A stretch of 64,000 bases of DNA from Nageia nagi (Eukaryota; Plantae; Pinophyta), in NCBI GenBank assembly GCA_050084985.1, contig JBITNC010000001.1:3906001-3970000 (forward strand), given 5' to 3'. Positions within the stretch are counted from its first letter, which is position 1. Every line of letters begins with the position of its first letter. The position numbers were made by a program, and so were the translations under genes. Of this stretch, positions 36,406 to 49,889 are shown in pieces. The notes under the pieces are model-generated. The model ran no database searches. It was not told where the DNA came from and saw only the letters and a list, made by a program, of their open reading frames with translations.

Positions 36406-39400
36406 GTAAGTTCATCACATTCACATTCCTATTCTATTCTAGAATATTTATCTGTTTTGTTTTGTTTTTCTAATGTGCTGTTTTGATTAATGTAGACTCT
36501 GGTAGATTTTTAGTTGCCAACATAGCCAGCATGACTAATTGGCATATGAGACCAGTTGTGGATCATAATCGAAGCTTTTCACTTTGTATGAAGGTTGTGT
36601 CGCTATGGGTTTTGATCTTTTCGTCAAGCCCATAGTAATTGAGTTCAAACGAGAGTTCTAGTTTTTTACTTAGGTGTATAGGTATTCGCTAGATGAAAAA
36701 TTGGGCAAAGGTGGACCTCTTCAACTAGTCATTAAAATATTTGCAACGGAGAATGTTTGTTTCATGTGGTCTGCCAGTTAATGGTGGACTGCATCCTGTT
36801 ATGTATGTAGACTACATGTGAGTCACATATGGACATACATCGTGACGATAATCGAATTGATTTTTGATTGACATTTATATAGTTGGTACTTGGTCATATT
36901 CTTCTTGGTAGAAGCGAGATCGCCTGCCAGATTGTTTTATTTTTCTCGGAGAAGCACACTTGTTTGAGGTCATATGAACGCATGGCATCATGGGGTCATT
37001 TTGAAAATGATTTTTGAGGCATTGTCAATTTGGATTTGGCAGTTGCATGGTTTTCTGCAAACATCATACAAAAAAGGGACTCTTAAATATTTATATTTGT
37101 TGATACAATTTGGAGATGACCCCATTCTGGTTAGCAACTATGATTCCAAATCTAGATGCAGATGGCATAAACAAAATGCATCCAAATACAATATATATAA
37201 TTCATGCGTATCCACATAATGCTCATATGTTTTGACAAGTAAAATGGAAACGACAAGATAAATAACGGGGTTGTACTGCTTTGCCACCTACCAGACTAAA
37301 TAAATTGTCATGTGCATCTTGCCGATAAGATGTAAGAATCTGATGTTGAGAGTTGGCCAACTCATGAATAGCATATACTTCAAAGTTTCAAACAATTTCT
37401 AGGTTATTTTGTAACGTTTAAAGGTAAATAATTTAGTTGTGCTTGTCAATAACCAACAATAACTTAATGTTATATGCATTTTGTCTAGTGTTCAATGTTC
37501 AAGCGAATTTATTTATTAGGAACATTACTCTTTTGTTCCATGGTGTGACAAAAGTTCTTCAAATAATAAAGCTGAGCCATTTATTTGAAAGCAAGATTCA
37601 ACCTGTAGGCTATCCATAGACTTTGAAGGATATGCATGTAAATATCATCCATGAATGGTTTCATACAATAATGCATTATTTGTAATGACTTGTATGCAAT
37701 TGAAATGTCAACCATGCTGATTGCTTTACCAGCGATTTTTGCTTTCCATGAATGGCTTTCAACCACTTCAAAATGTTGAACCTAAGCTGAAATCAGAATG
37801 TTGTTCACTTATGGTATATTGTTTGCACCAGTCAAACACTGTGGGCATGATGGAGACTCAACTCTAATTAGATTATAGAAGTTCCAATTTTCTTATGAAG
37901 ATCTACTCCTGTTTCAAGAATAAGAATGGAATGTACATTTTGTGAAATCTAGGCTTTTGTAGTACTTTGAGTCCTTGATTAATTGATTTCAGCATACTTT
38001 AACATTATGTGGAAGGAACAAATATCTATTGTGTCATGCCATTGTCCATATTTTTTGTCTTTCAAGATACTTTTCTCTGGTGGTAGTCAATAAATATGTT
38101 TTCCATCTTTTCCAACTGGATATCTATTCATTTTTGGAGGATCTTCTTTCTCTTTTTTTGCTTAGCATCAATATATATTTCTATCAAGGTCTTGAACATT
38201 TGACTCTAATATTATAGTCATGGATTAAATGTCCTTCCATCATGGAATATGACCTAATCAAGACATCAAAACAAAGTGCACAGTATTATGCATCTTTTTG
38301 TCCTTTCTGAGTTATTCAACATGCTTTCTTAATGGCATCAAATTGAAATCCATACGTATCACATTAGTCCTGAGAATGACCAGTACACATCACTTGACAT
38401 TACCCATAGCTACACACTGCTGCAATAATGGCTCTAGAAATTGAATATTCACATTGTTCCTGATCATGATCAATACCCTTGGGCCCTCACTTCAGATGGT
38501 CGATAATCACAAGCTCCATCACCACATTTTTGCTGTTGGAATGTTATGGAATATGATGATATACAAATAAGAATAAGATATGGAAACACAACAAATCAGA
38601 ATTTGCTGTCTATTGCACGCCTTTAATGAAAACTTTGCAAATCAAAATTCTTCTATCTTGTGAAGAGATAAAAACTGATTGCAAAATCTTCAAACAATTT
38701 CCCTTTCTCATATCAGAGGAGTCAAAATGTGACTTTAAGGAGCTTTGAAGACTTTAAAACATAAAGTGAGTTTGTTGGGGACCACTAGAGGCGTTTAAAC
38801 AGCTATACCATCAATTATGTGGCATGCTTGCTGCTAATTTGTTGAAAGGTGAAATTGGAGATTGTTAAAGCTTAGAAGCTTCCATATGACACACACATAT
38901 TAATAGAGATGTACATATGCTATTGCATACACACACTTGTACATGTATTTTATGCATACTGTATATGCGCATCCATGTTCATGTGATGATTGTATTATTT
39001 TTCCATACAGTAACTTTCTAATGTTACTTTTCTTCTCCAAACATACTCTACTATTGTTTTGTGACATCTGAAGTTGCCTAAATTTGCAAAATATCACAGT
39101 AAACATAAAAAACTTGATATTTTCCAGGCTGGTGACATCCATTGAAAAAACTGAAAAACTCTTCAGCTGTTGGAAGTTTGCCTTAAATTGGAAAATTAAT
39201 AAAATTAGCGAAAGAATAAGCAATAGATAAGGTGCATGATTACAAAACATTATTTTAATTTGGCATTTTCATATCAACTAATTGGTATTTTAGACATGGT
39301 AGAACTATAAACAACTATATATTTTGAAAAAGCTATTTCCTTTCAAGAAAGTGTCAACTAATTGTCCATATATTTCTGAAATGATTTTCTCTTGGGCTTG

Positions 39401-42400
39401 CTGATAAATTTCTTATCACAATTCTTGCAACTATGGTGATACCCATAGGCAAGCAAGCACAAAGCAAAGACCAGAAGACAAGTTTCTCTTATGCAAGGTG
39501 GCGAGGTCAAATTTCTTTTTCCTAGCACTTGCATCTTCACAATAAATTTATAAGATAAATTTGCACTTTTGATTTGCATCCTGTATGATACCCTTGGACT
39601 CATTTCATAGTCACTCAATGCCTTGTGAGCAAGGATCTATGATACAATCTATACTTGTGACAAATCCTCACCCGATTTATGTGTTATCATGTGTAAACTG
39701 TTGGGTTGGTAACATTGGCCATTACTTTAGAAACGAAATTGTAATTTTATCTTATAATAATTTGTTTGACAGTGGTGTCCTCAAGATGAAACTAAATGAA
39801 AATGACAAGGTGCCTTCCAATGCTGTATGCATCTTCTGTGGATGGTTGGAAGCTTCTGGTTTCTTTTATTATTGTCCTTGAAGCAATGTAACTTGTTGAG
39901 ATGGTGGTTTCAATATGTAGTGACTGTCAATAAAATCTATGGGTTTGATCTGTTTTTATTAATTTAAGGCTTGTAATTCTGAGGTGAAGAATTTTTGTTA
40001 TATTTTATGAGCTTCTGACATTAAGAAAGTCTGCTATATTTTGTGGCAGGTTCCAGGGAAAATCTTTCTTTGTTTAGAGTACTGCACTGGTGGTGATTTA
40101 TCCATGTACATACAAAATCATGGAAGGGTTTCAGAGGATACCGCAAGATATTTTATGTGTCAACTAGGTATAATTTCTCTTCAGTTCTTGATGATTGAAA
40201 TCTATATTAAGTCAAACCTGTCTCAATTATTGCTTTTGAATCAAAAAGTTCATCCTCACATCCCCCACATTTTTTTAACTTCCCAAATTAGGATCAAAAG
40301 ATTAAGGCATCTCCATCCTAGAGAGTGAAATAATGACATCTTCATGAATGAAGAGCAAAAAGGCTTGAGACAATTCAAAATTATTATAAGAAAACACAAA
40401 ATAATACTCCAATTCTTGGATTAAAATCCAAATAATTCCTTGCATTCCTCATTTTTTTGTGATCTAGCTTCATCTAATACCATTAATAGAATATCCTTAA
40501 CGTTATTGGATTTGATGAAAAGTTGTTATCCCTTGGAAAACACTGCTACCTTTACATCTTCCAATTTTATAGGAGCCACTAGCATTATCCTTCTGGGCTG
40601 TAGTAGGGGGAATGACTTCAATTGATCTGGGTTAATTGGAAATAAGTTTGTGGTCCCCAAAATGCCCTTGGAGAATGAAAAAGTTGTCTCTATATTGACT
40701 TCTTGGTCCTCAATCTATGCACCATCCTGGAGATTTATTTGTTCTATCCTATTGGAAGATCTGTTTGTCATTGCCTACCTATGAAAGAACTTAGTGTTTT
40801 TGTCTCCTTTTTTCAACCATGTTTGTCTTGGTATTTGCTTCCAATGTTTTCTTGACTACTCAGCTCTGCTATTCGATTATGTGTTACTTTTTAGGGCTTA
40901 GCCACTCTATTGCACTCATGTGTTGTTTTTCCTAGTTTGCTTTCTTTTAGTGATAGCCCTTTTGGGCCTCACATGCTACATCATATAGCTGTACTTCACA
41001 GTCCCATTGACCGCTTTTGGTCACCCTTGGACATTAATAGAATTTCTTTCTATCTTCATGCGTAAAATATTGTTGCATTCGGATAAAGTCTTCTTTTCTT
41101 CTTTTCCCATTTCTTTCTGTTTCTTCATTATTAATGTTTTCATTTTTTTGTAGGGTCTCGAGTTTGTCTTTCAGGATCTTGTTGTGATTAAAAATCTTGC
41201 CCACCTAATACTTATTCCATTATTTATTGATGTTATTATGCTATGAATGACTTCATCTAAATCATTTATTCCACTATAGTCAACATATGTCCATCTTTTC
41301 TGTACTATTTCTTTAAACTCCTCCTTACAATCCCCCATTCTCATACTTGAAAGAGGGATTCTTTTTTATTTCAGAGATGTTCAACATAAGCCTTATTGAC
41401 CAATGATCCGAGCAAATCCTAGAGAGATTGTTTATTAATGCATTGATGCTCATTCTAACCAATTTTTGAAATTGCTATCAAACTATTTTGACTCCTGTTA
41501 TTGGTCCATGTGAAATCATCTTATTCAAACTCTACATCACATACTTGTAAACCTTATATAAAATCAAAGTTCTATCATGTTTTGAGACATTTGTGTGATA
41601 CCTTCAAATATTTTTGCTTGGTTCCTAAATGTATTAAAATCACCTGTGATTATCGTCATATCCTGAATTCTACAGTTGTTTATAAATTACAACCTATTCC
41701 ACAATGTCCACCCACAACATAGCTCTACGAACTCAATTGTGGGGCCATATTCATTTTTGAGATCAAAAATTGAGTTTGACCTATAGCGAGTTAACTTTGA
41801 AACCATCCAATGTTTGTTGTAGACTTATCATTACTTTTGATGCTTTTAATTTTGTTTGCTGTAGGCATAAGATATCATGATTGCTATCCAAACAAAGATT
41901 CTTGATTAATCTTTGCTTAATAGGGGCATTAACCCCTTTCTGTTCCATGAGACTACTATCATTGTTCTCCTTTGGAGGGAGTTGAGCCATTCTTCAGTAC
42001 TCCTACCAACTTTCCTTGATATTCTCCATCTGTATTTACCGTTGCCTCTTTTGTGCTTCTTGCTAATTTTGTTGGTCTACCTCTTTTACATTTTTGCATT
42101 TAAGGAGCTACTTGGATTGCAGTATTCACCAATTTACTCTTTATCCTTGAACTCTATTGTGTAGTTGTTGATTATTTTTGTGATCTGTTTGATTATAAAA
42201 TGTATAAAGGACAAATTCTTCAACTTTGTCAATCTCTTGTTTTTCTCTTTTTCCATTTGGAGATTGAGAAGATTTTGGGCTTGTTTGCTTCTTATTATGT
42301 GCCTAACTCAAATCTACATTCTTCTTATTCAACTGCGATTCCTATATTGTTTTGTGGAGGCTCCACATTAGCTGTTGTAATTGCTGGGTTAGGGGTAAAT

Positions 42401-45400
42401 TTCCATTTTTCATTCTTCCCGGTCTCATCATTGTTATTGCCATTTGGTAGTGCCTCAAAGCTATTTTAAAAATCTTTTTGACTCTTCTCTATCAGCCTCC
42501 ATTGTTGAAGAGTTTTTTTAGCCATTCAAATCCATCTCTATCTAATGGTTAGTTATCATTATATGCCCTATGTATATTCACTTGAAAACTTTTTCTAGGC
42601 TTATTTGAGGGTAGTTGTGCATAATATGACTCATTTTGAAACAATTTCTGCATTTGAAAGCAATATTCCCTTGCTTGCTCACTATGCTTGGCTTTTTTGT
42701 TTGGAACTATTTCAATTATTTTCAAAGACAATATTTTCTTTAGTACTTGGTCTATGTATCTTTCTCACATCACTATGTTATTCCCAATTAAATAATTATA
42801 CTTAGTTTTATATATTAATTTGCAATGTTCATAGCAGTAATTAATATTAATACTTTCTTAATTGATGTCAGCTGCTGGCTTACAAATCCTTCGAGAAAAC
42901 CATGTTATACACAGGGATCTCAAGCCACAGGTTAGTCACAGTGTTCTTGACTTGTTTCCTTCTCTTAATTGTGTTTTCTTTAACTGGAGGCCATTTTGTA
43001 GGATTGTTTTACCATATGGTTTTTGTACATATTGACTTGTTTAAAATTTTAAATATCACTTTATTGGGTTCACATTTTTTTTTTGTTTTTTCACTTTCTA
43101 TTATTTGTTTAGATGCTTTTTGGTTTTTGGGAGTTACTCTATTTAACTGTTGTACCATACAGTTCCATAGTCTTATTTTGGTCCTTTGTAAATCCTAACA
43201 TAATTTTTTTTTATTTCTGTGGCCTTGTATAAACTTGTTGCATGTGTATGCCAGTTTTGTATTTCACCCATGTGCAATGCTAGAATGGTTGTTAATCCTG
43301 TTTTTTGTCCATCTCCTATTGGATATGGCCATGGCATTGATGCCTGAAACATAAAATAATAATATGGATCTATGTTATTTATTTTTGATAGTAATAAAAA
43401 CAAGGGTTTGAAAGGACCTTTAATCTTTAACAATTGCATCTGGATATTCAATATGCTCAAAATCAAAACAATTCAAGAGTGGGACCATCAGGGCTAAGGA
43501 AACATAAAAGAATAACATGGATCTATGTTATTTTTTTAATAGTAATAAAAACAAGAGATTTGAAAGGACCTATATCCTTTTATGATTGCATTTGGATATT
43601 CAATATGCTCAAAATCAAAACAATTCAAGAGTGGGACTATCAGGGTAAGGAAAGGCCCTGATTAAGCAATAAAAGCCTAAAAATTTAAAACGTAGTATTT
43701 GCCTAAAACAAAATAGAACCAGAAAACAAATAGTTCAAACTCTCTGGAGATGGGTTTTGGGGATGGGCTTGAAGGAGATCCTTGCCTTCTTCCAATCATC
43801 CATCGATTTGAATTTGAAACCCTCCTAGGGTTTTTAGAGTTGAAACAGAGGTCGAAAATTTTTAGAACTTAGGTCCACTGCAACTGCCCTTCTGATCATA
43901 GTGTAGATCATATCCTCCAACCTCTATGTCGCTTAGATTATGCATCTCGTTGCATCAATGCCCATCACACTAAAAACGACACTACGTTAGTCGCCTAGCA
44001 TCCTACACGCATGCCACTCCAACATCTTGTGTTGAGTTCAAGTCTTCAAGATAAGTCCTTTACTACACTTTGGTGCTAAGATTTGAAGATCATCATCCAT
44101 AGAATCCAAGAGAATTGCAGGACCATAGAAGATGTTTCCTCCTCCTAGGTTTGCCCACATACTCATTGAGGGTTTACATTCTTTAGGGCTCCAAACAAAA
44201 CACCCTTTGTACTTCTCTTTTGCAGAAAAAATGGCATCCTCACAGTGACCATTTAGTAGAGGATCTTGGACAAAGAAATGTCCATAATGAGACTAGGGTT
44301 CCAAATCCCTAAAAAAACTTTGCTTACAACCAATAGAATCGATTGTTCATAGAACCATGAAACATTAGGTCATCAAACAAATTTACTCCAAAAATGTCTT
44401 CAATCCTCCTAGGCTCCATGAAGGAAAGAAAGCTGCTTATAAGACCATTGTTGCATCTTGACGTACGACCTACACCTAGTAGGGATTTGAATTTGATCCC
44501 ATAGCTCTGAAAAATGCTCATAAGCAACAAGCTCTTCTCCAATACCTGCGAGAGATTCCTTTTACCATTTCAATCCAAATATGATGCCTTCCACCAACAA
44601 AACCCGAATCACCATTCCACATAAGGTTCACCCACTATTTTCCATCAAGATAGTTGTTGCCACCATCCTTAGATCCTTACCACCATTGCATCACTCTAAG
44701 ACAATGCGTCCCATTACATCAAGATCCAAACCACCATAAAAGACATTGCGTTAGTCGCCCAACACCTGTTGTAGGTGTATTGCTCCAACACCCCATGTTG
44801 AGTATGAAATGAGTCTTTTATTATCATTCAAACCTGATCTTTGCAACGCATCAACAAAGACTTCTTGGAGGGATGGTACAAACAAGTATTGCAACCCTAT
44901 GAAGAATCTAGTGCTCTTCAAATCTTTAACGATTCGATCAAAAAGCCCTGCTGAGTGTAGGATTTGAATCAGTCGCTATTTCTCCAAAGAATGACACCTC
45001 ACACCTTCTTTCCCATCCAATCCTTCTTTGGGGACTCCTTCATTTGCCCCTGTCACATCCAACCGAATTGCAGCCAGAGCCATTATACCAACTGCGATGC
45101 TAAGACGTGAACCCCAAATATTCAAAGTTTGCAGAAGCATTACCCTGAATGTGCAGTCTTTGTGGCTTTTTCTCCAACCTCTTCTGCCTCTTCTCCTTGC
45201 AAGACAAGTTGCAATTGGGATTTCAACAGATATGATCGTCTCCTCCTTTGTCTTCATTCTTGCGCAAGGTGTTTGAGGTGCTTTGGGTCTCCAATCGGGT
45301 CACCCATGCGCATAACATGGATCTATGTTACACTATGGCAACTTCTTGTATTATATAGTTCCATTGTCTTATTTAATCTTCCATAGATTCTAACATATTC

Positions 45401-48400
45401 TTTTTATTTCAGCAGTCTTGTTTCTCATAGACCAGTTGCAATGCTAGAATGGCTGCTGATCCTACTTTTTTATCCATTGTGTATTGGATTATGATATAGT
45501 GATGGCATCAATGAATGAAACATAAAAACTGACATGGATCTAAGCTACTTTATTGTAACTTCTTGTTCTATACAGTTCCTTTGTCTTGTTTTGATCTTCC
45601 ATAAATTGTAACATAAAATATTCCTTATTTCTGTGGCCTTGTTTGTCAACATTTTTGTATGTTTATGCTGGTATTTTATTTGATCCATGTGCAAAAGCTA
45701 GAAAGGTTGCTGATCCTATTTTTTATCCATTGATGGCTCAAACATAAAAGAATGACATGGATCTGATTGTTGGTACTAAACAAACATTCCAAAGAGCTAA
45801 AATACATTCTTTCTAGCTTCTAAGATGACGCACAAAATGCAGGATATGGCTAGGGAAAATTAGCAGGTACGATATGGAAGCCTAGTCTTGGACCGACTAA
45901 ATGGTCTTTTGTTGAGCAGGTATAAATACTTTTTCTTCAGTGATTCATTTGATTCAAGAGCACAATCCCTCACTCCATTATCCTAGCAAAAGGGGCCTCC
46001 CTCCTTGAATTGCGATCATCTTCAGGATCACCACCTATTTTCACAAGGTTTGTAGTTGTATTGTGGGAGATAACCCTTCAAGGTGTAGAAAATACTCATA
46101 CTTGGCGTTACACTCCTTGATGGACTTAGCATTGACCACATCGAGGGACAAAAGGATTGGTATTCATACTTTTAGGCACTTTTAGCCAATATTCAAATAC
46201 AAATCAACACGATCCCTCCTTATAGGTTTTCCTTGGGAGCCCCTCCTTACCTCCTACCTTGGCATAAGGAGATGATACTTAGATCCACAAGGACATCAAT
46301 CTCCAATACAACAACTGTGCATGGATCTCCCTTGCCATCCCTCTCTTTTCCAAGTTGTCTTTCTATCATGAGCACTTTTTGGAGATATGAGATGGATATG
46401 TAGTTCCCCCATGCTACCTTTCGCCACTTATGATGCATGGCCTACGGATCCCTATTGGGAAGAGTGGATTTGCCTATTTTGCCCTTTGGAAGAAGTGGAA
46501 ACCTTTGACCACTTTTATCTTCTAGTGTCTCATTTTCTATGAGATTTGAGGCAAATTTCATTGTTTGAAGGACAATTTGCAATCTCTATCCACCTTCTTC
46601 AGATACTTGGATCAACAATGCTTTGCACTTTAGATTAGGGAGTTGACTCAACTTCGATGATGGAGGAGCTTCTCTCCTAATGGCTCTTGAGCGAACGAAA
46701 ACGTCATGCATCGAATTGCACAAACAAAGGCGGGGTCACTAGACAACGCATTGATGTCTCTTCAAGTATTCAAAGGAGTGATGGAGAGAGATAGATCATG
46801 GATTTACTTAACAAGGATTTTTCGTCCTTGAGTGATATGAGAGACCAGGATTTGCGGTAGGGGTGAGTTCTTCTCAACCCCTAGGCCCCCCTCCCCCTCC
46901 TTCCCCTTTCTTACTCTCCATTCTTTCAAAGAGTACTATGCACAACTTGGGAGTTTTGGATTGCAGCCTCTCTCTCTCCTTCCTACTTTCTTCTTTCTCA
47001 TTTTGGCCTGCTTCTTTGGTCATTACTTTGTATTTACCTTTATTTCTTTCCTTCTCGGTGAGTGGTTTTGCCCTCCCACTTATTGTTATTACAACATCCT
47101 TTTTGCAGTCTTTTGGGGCCACTTTTGGCCCATCATGGACATTAATAATATTTTATTGCATTTTAATGTTCTTATTGTGTAATGCAATTGTCATATGGGG
47201 AAATTGCTGTTTTTGCAATTTGATATGTGATTGCTGGAGTGATGTCTAATACAATTTACCATCTCAGATCCTTTTTATGGTTTAAATGCTAAGATTACTG
47301 GATATTTCTATTAGAAATCAAGGGTTTTTGTCTGTCGATGGTTAGTTTCATGATGCTATATGTAACAAATTGAAGATATAAACAACATAAACAGAATAGC
47401 AAGCATACTCATGGACATTCTCTGTTATGTGGAATTCTTGGTCCTGGGATTAGTTTGCTTTTTATTGAACAGCTGGTTATCAAAAATCATAGATTCTGCT
47501 TCCTATCTGGTGCTATCTATTCCTAGACATTGCTATAGATAAGTGAGGGATGCAGCTCGGATTTGTTTCAGAAAACCTGTGTGAATATATGTGTGTCATG
47601 GTCACGTTCCCTTGCAAATAAAGTTTGTTAACAGATAGGGATGCCTACAATATTTGTTTATCTTAGGTAGTTAGTTCCATCTTTTTGTTTGACTGAAGAT
47701 ATGAAACTAAGTGTTTGCGCTAGATAACTTATCTAATACATATATGTACTGTAATTGACTTCCCATTTTATATTTTCTCTGTCTTGGCTATGCCTTGACT
47801 AGAGTTTATTCATTTATTGTGCCCCCCTAATAATGATTTGTACTTGTTTGAGTTTATTTGTTGAGCTTTTTTTATTTGGAACTCCTTGCCATGGACACTT
47901 GCAGTGTAAAATCCTATTGGCCGTTTTGGTCAATCATGGACACAGTTTGTCATGTTTGTTTCTTCTTTTTCATTGCCATTGTGTGAAAATTCCCTTTCCA
48001 CAGTTTCATCTGTATGTGTTATAACATGTTTTCCTTTTTACATTTCTATGCTTTCTGTTTGGGGATAGTCTTGCCTGTTTTTCTATGCATTTTATTTCTT
48101 TTCCTTTTGTCTGACTTTGAAGAATCAGTCTAATGTTTGCTTAGGGTTTTTCTCGAGAACTTTATATTGAGGTTGTACTTGGCTGACTAGTTATAGATAA
48201 GAAGCAATGTGCTTGCTGATAGTTCTATTTTCATACGAGGCAACATGAAATGATTAAATATTTCAAAAGCATTTACAGTTGCTTGCATCTGATAATATCC
48301 ATTCCATTTTTGTTTGAATGTATATTGTTTGGTTCATTCTGCCAGTGGACATAGATATAAGAACCTTGATTTCATTCATGAAAATATCTTTAATTGATAA

Positions 48401-48587
48401 ATAGAATGGATTCATTTCTAAAGTTTTATGAATCGGCATAATAACTGAGAATGAATATGTAACATTTAGTTTTGTACCTTCTTAGTATTTTCTTTTGTGA
48501 TGATACTTTGCTGGAATTGCAGAACCTTCTCCTGTCCAGTAATGATAGCAATGCACTGCTGAAAATTGCAGATTTTGGATTTGCAAG
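36172..48587 (+). CDS. ATG1: Serine/threonine kinase ATG1 (ULK family), 5' partial: join(36172..36405,40050..40167,42872..42930,48523..48587); continues beyond the window
   Basis: Spliced product MAYQSREIGNYEVSAQIGAGSFSVVWHAKH..VAIKEI..SLQSEVEILQKIEHPNITRLHEIIK/VPGKIFLCLEYCTGGDLSMYIQNHGRVSEDTARYFMCQL/AAGLQILRENHVIHRDLKPQ/NLLLSSNDSNALLKIADFGFAR matches plant ATG1. All introns are GT-AG with consistent phases (0,1,0,2). Confidence 0.95.
36980..38560 (-). pseudogene. Highly decayed PPR-like gene relic, antisense in ATG1 intron 1
   Basis: Scattered same-strand motifs: PLLQQC (38414-38431), NILISA*VQH (37773-37802), SWKAKIAG..MKP (from 37751 down), GKAVQ (37271-37285), IDNASKIIFKM (36997-37029). 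Confidence 0.45.
40050..40167 (+). CDS. ATG1: ATG1 coding exon 2
   Basis: Acceptor GGCAG|GTT; LEYCTGGDLS hinge; donor G|GTATAA. Confidence 0.95.
40230..42790 (-). mobile_element. Decayed L1 LINE (ORF1 3' end plus ORF2 endonuclease region) filling ATG1 intron 2
   Basis: ORF1 knuckle NIAFKCRNCFKMSHIMHNYP (~42605-42670); APE start GVNAPIKQRLIK..DILCLQQTK (ORF 41781-41990); FTWTN (~41500); SDHW (~41400); WKQIPRQTWLKKGDKNTKFFH (~40785-40845). Confidence 0.85.
42872..42930 (+). CDS. ATG1: ATG1 coding exon 3
   Basis: Acceptor TGTCAG|CT; catalytic loop HRDLKPQ; donor CAG|GTTAGT. Confidence 0.95.
43130..45765. repeat. Intronic ~220-240-bp repeat, three diverged copies (~43130-43377, ~45331-45540, ~45541-45765), interrupted by an insertion
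   Basis: Shared blocks AGTTCC..GTCTT..; GCAA(T/AA)GCTAGAA(T/A)GG(T/C)TG(T/C)T(A/G)ATCCT; AAACATAAAA..ATGGATCT. Confidence 0.8.
43531..45311 (-). mobile_element. Non-LTR (LINE-derived) insertion with A-tail and 19-bp TSD
   Basis: ATAACATGGATCTATGTTA at 43512-43530 and 45312-45330; T7 tract at 43531 (poly-A on minus); weak ORF1-like remnants (ESLAGIGEEL, LIMDISL); no EN/RT motifs seen. Confidence 0.7.
48523..48587 (+). CDS. ATG1: ATG1 coding exon 4
   Basis: Acceptor TTGCAG|AAC; NLLL..LKIADFGFAR; donor AG|GTAGGG. Confidence 0.95.
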
Positions 48588-48923
48588 GTAGGGTCTGGTT
48601 TGCTTTTGGCATTCTCATTACTGGAAGTTAGTTGATGATTTCAATTACTTGTTTTGGGTTTGGTGTAAGGAATGAATAATACACATAAATAGCTTAAATT
48701 TAGAAACCAACTGAAAGTGACTGTTGTAATTGCAACTGAGTTTTTTAGGAAAGATAGTTCATAAGATAGAGGGGGCCTCCACTACTTTTTTTAATGGAAA
48801 ATAGTGTTTTTTGCTAATGCTATCCCTATAATGCTTTTAAATAGAATGCTTCATGCATTTTGTCAGTCCGGAAATCAAACAGAATCACCTTGCGTCACGT
48901 GGGGTTAATGGCCATTGTAACAC

Positions 48924-49889
48924 TTTTTTTGGAATCAAATTGGTTTTCCTCGGGTTCCCCACCTTTTATACCTTCCAATAAGGAGTAAAATAACATCTGC
49001 ATGAATGGAGAGTCAAAAAATTTTAGACAAATTGGAAATACTAGTAGTAAAACAGAATAATCTCCCAATTTTTCATGAAAATCCAAAGGATTGCTAGCAC
49101 TCTTCAATTTTCTACCATAAGTTGCCATAATATTTATGCTGGAATATCAGATCTTTCTTAATTGAGGAATGCACCGCTAGTTTCTAGCTAAACAGGTTGA
49201 AGTATTTTTACTGATTTATCAATTGTTTTTCTTAAAGTTGCCATCCCAAACCTTATGATATGGACAATTCTAAAGTCTTGAAACTTTTGGCTTATCTCCA
49301 TAATGCTTTCTATAGTGGCTGTATCTTTGATTCCCCTTCCGGTCCTTTCAAAATATATTGGACAGTTAACAAAGAATTTCTTTCTACCCAGATTTTTGAA
49401 ATTCCCGTCTGTATACAGATTTTCAGACTTTCCCATAATGCTCATGCCTTATTCTCATTATTAGTTTGGACAACAAAATTGACCTCAAATTGAGCCACAA
49501 TTTCCCCTTGACTGTTCTTGATTGTTCCTCCTGCTTCTGCCTATCAGGGATTGGGATTCCCTTTTGAAGCTCTACCAAAATATAGTTTGCGCCATCTTGT
49601 TTCTGGTTGAGTATAATCTGGATTTAACTTAAAGCCTTTTATACTTATTGTGAAATCAAGTTCCCACTTGATGTATCTTTTGAAATCAAGCTGCTATCTC
49701 TTCAAACGTCCAACTTCTTAATCTATTTTTCTTTTTGTGTATCTTTTGATTCCGTTCTAACCAAATTGTCCAACATATTATTCTAGGTCCAATCTGCATG
49801 ATCTTTTGCAAGCTTTTTGCTTTGAATTATCATTTGAATTGTTGAATTTGTTGTGGCTTCCACAACATGCCCCAAATTTTTAGCAAATT
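48924..49889 (-). mobile_element. L1 LINE 3' end (RNase H, 3' UTR, A-tail)
   Basis: PRIICWTIWLERN (~49755-49795); WRKLYFGRASKGNP..AGGTIKNSQG (RNase H consensus KLNFDGASKGNPG, ~49505-49600); FRIVHIIR; T7 tract at 48924-48930. Confidence 0.85.

Noticed and set aside
45800-47250. Hydrophobic or basic ORFs (46863-47249, 46874-47122) as a nested gene
   Set aside because: CT-rich low-complexity sequence with a non-ATG start for the longer ORF and no recognisable domain; probably decayed TE sequence.
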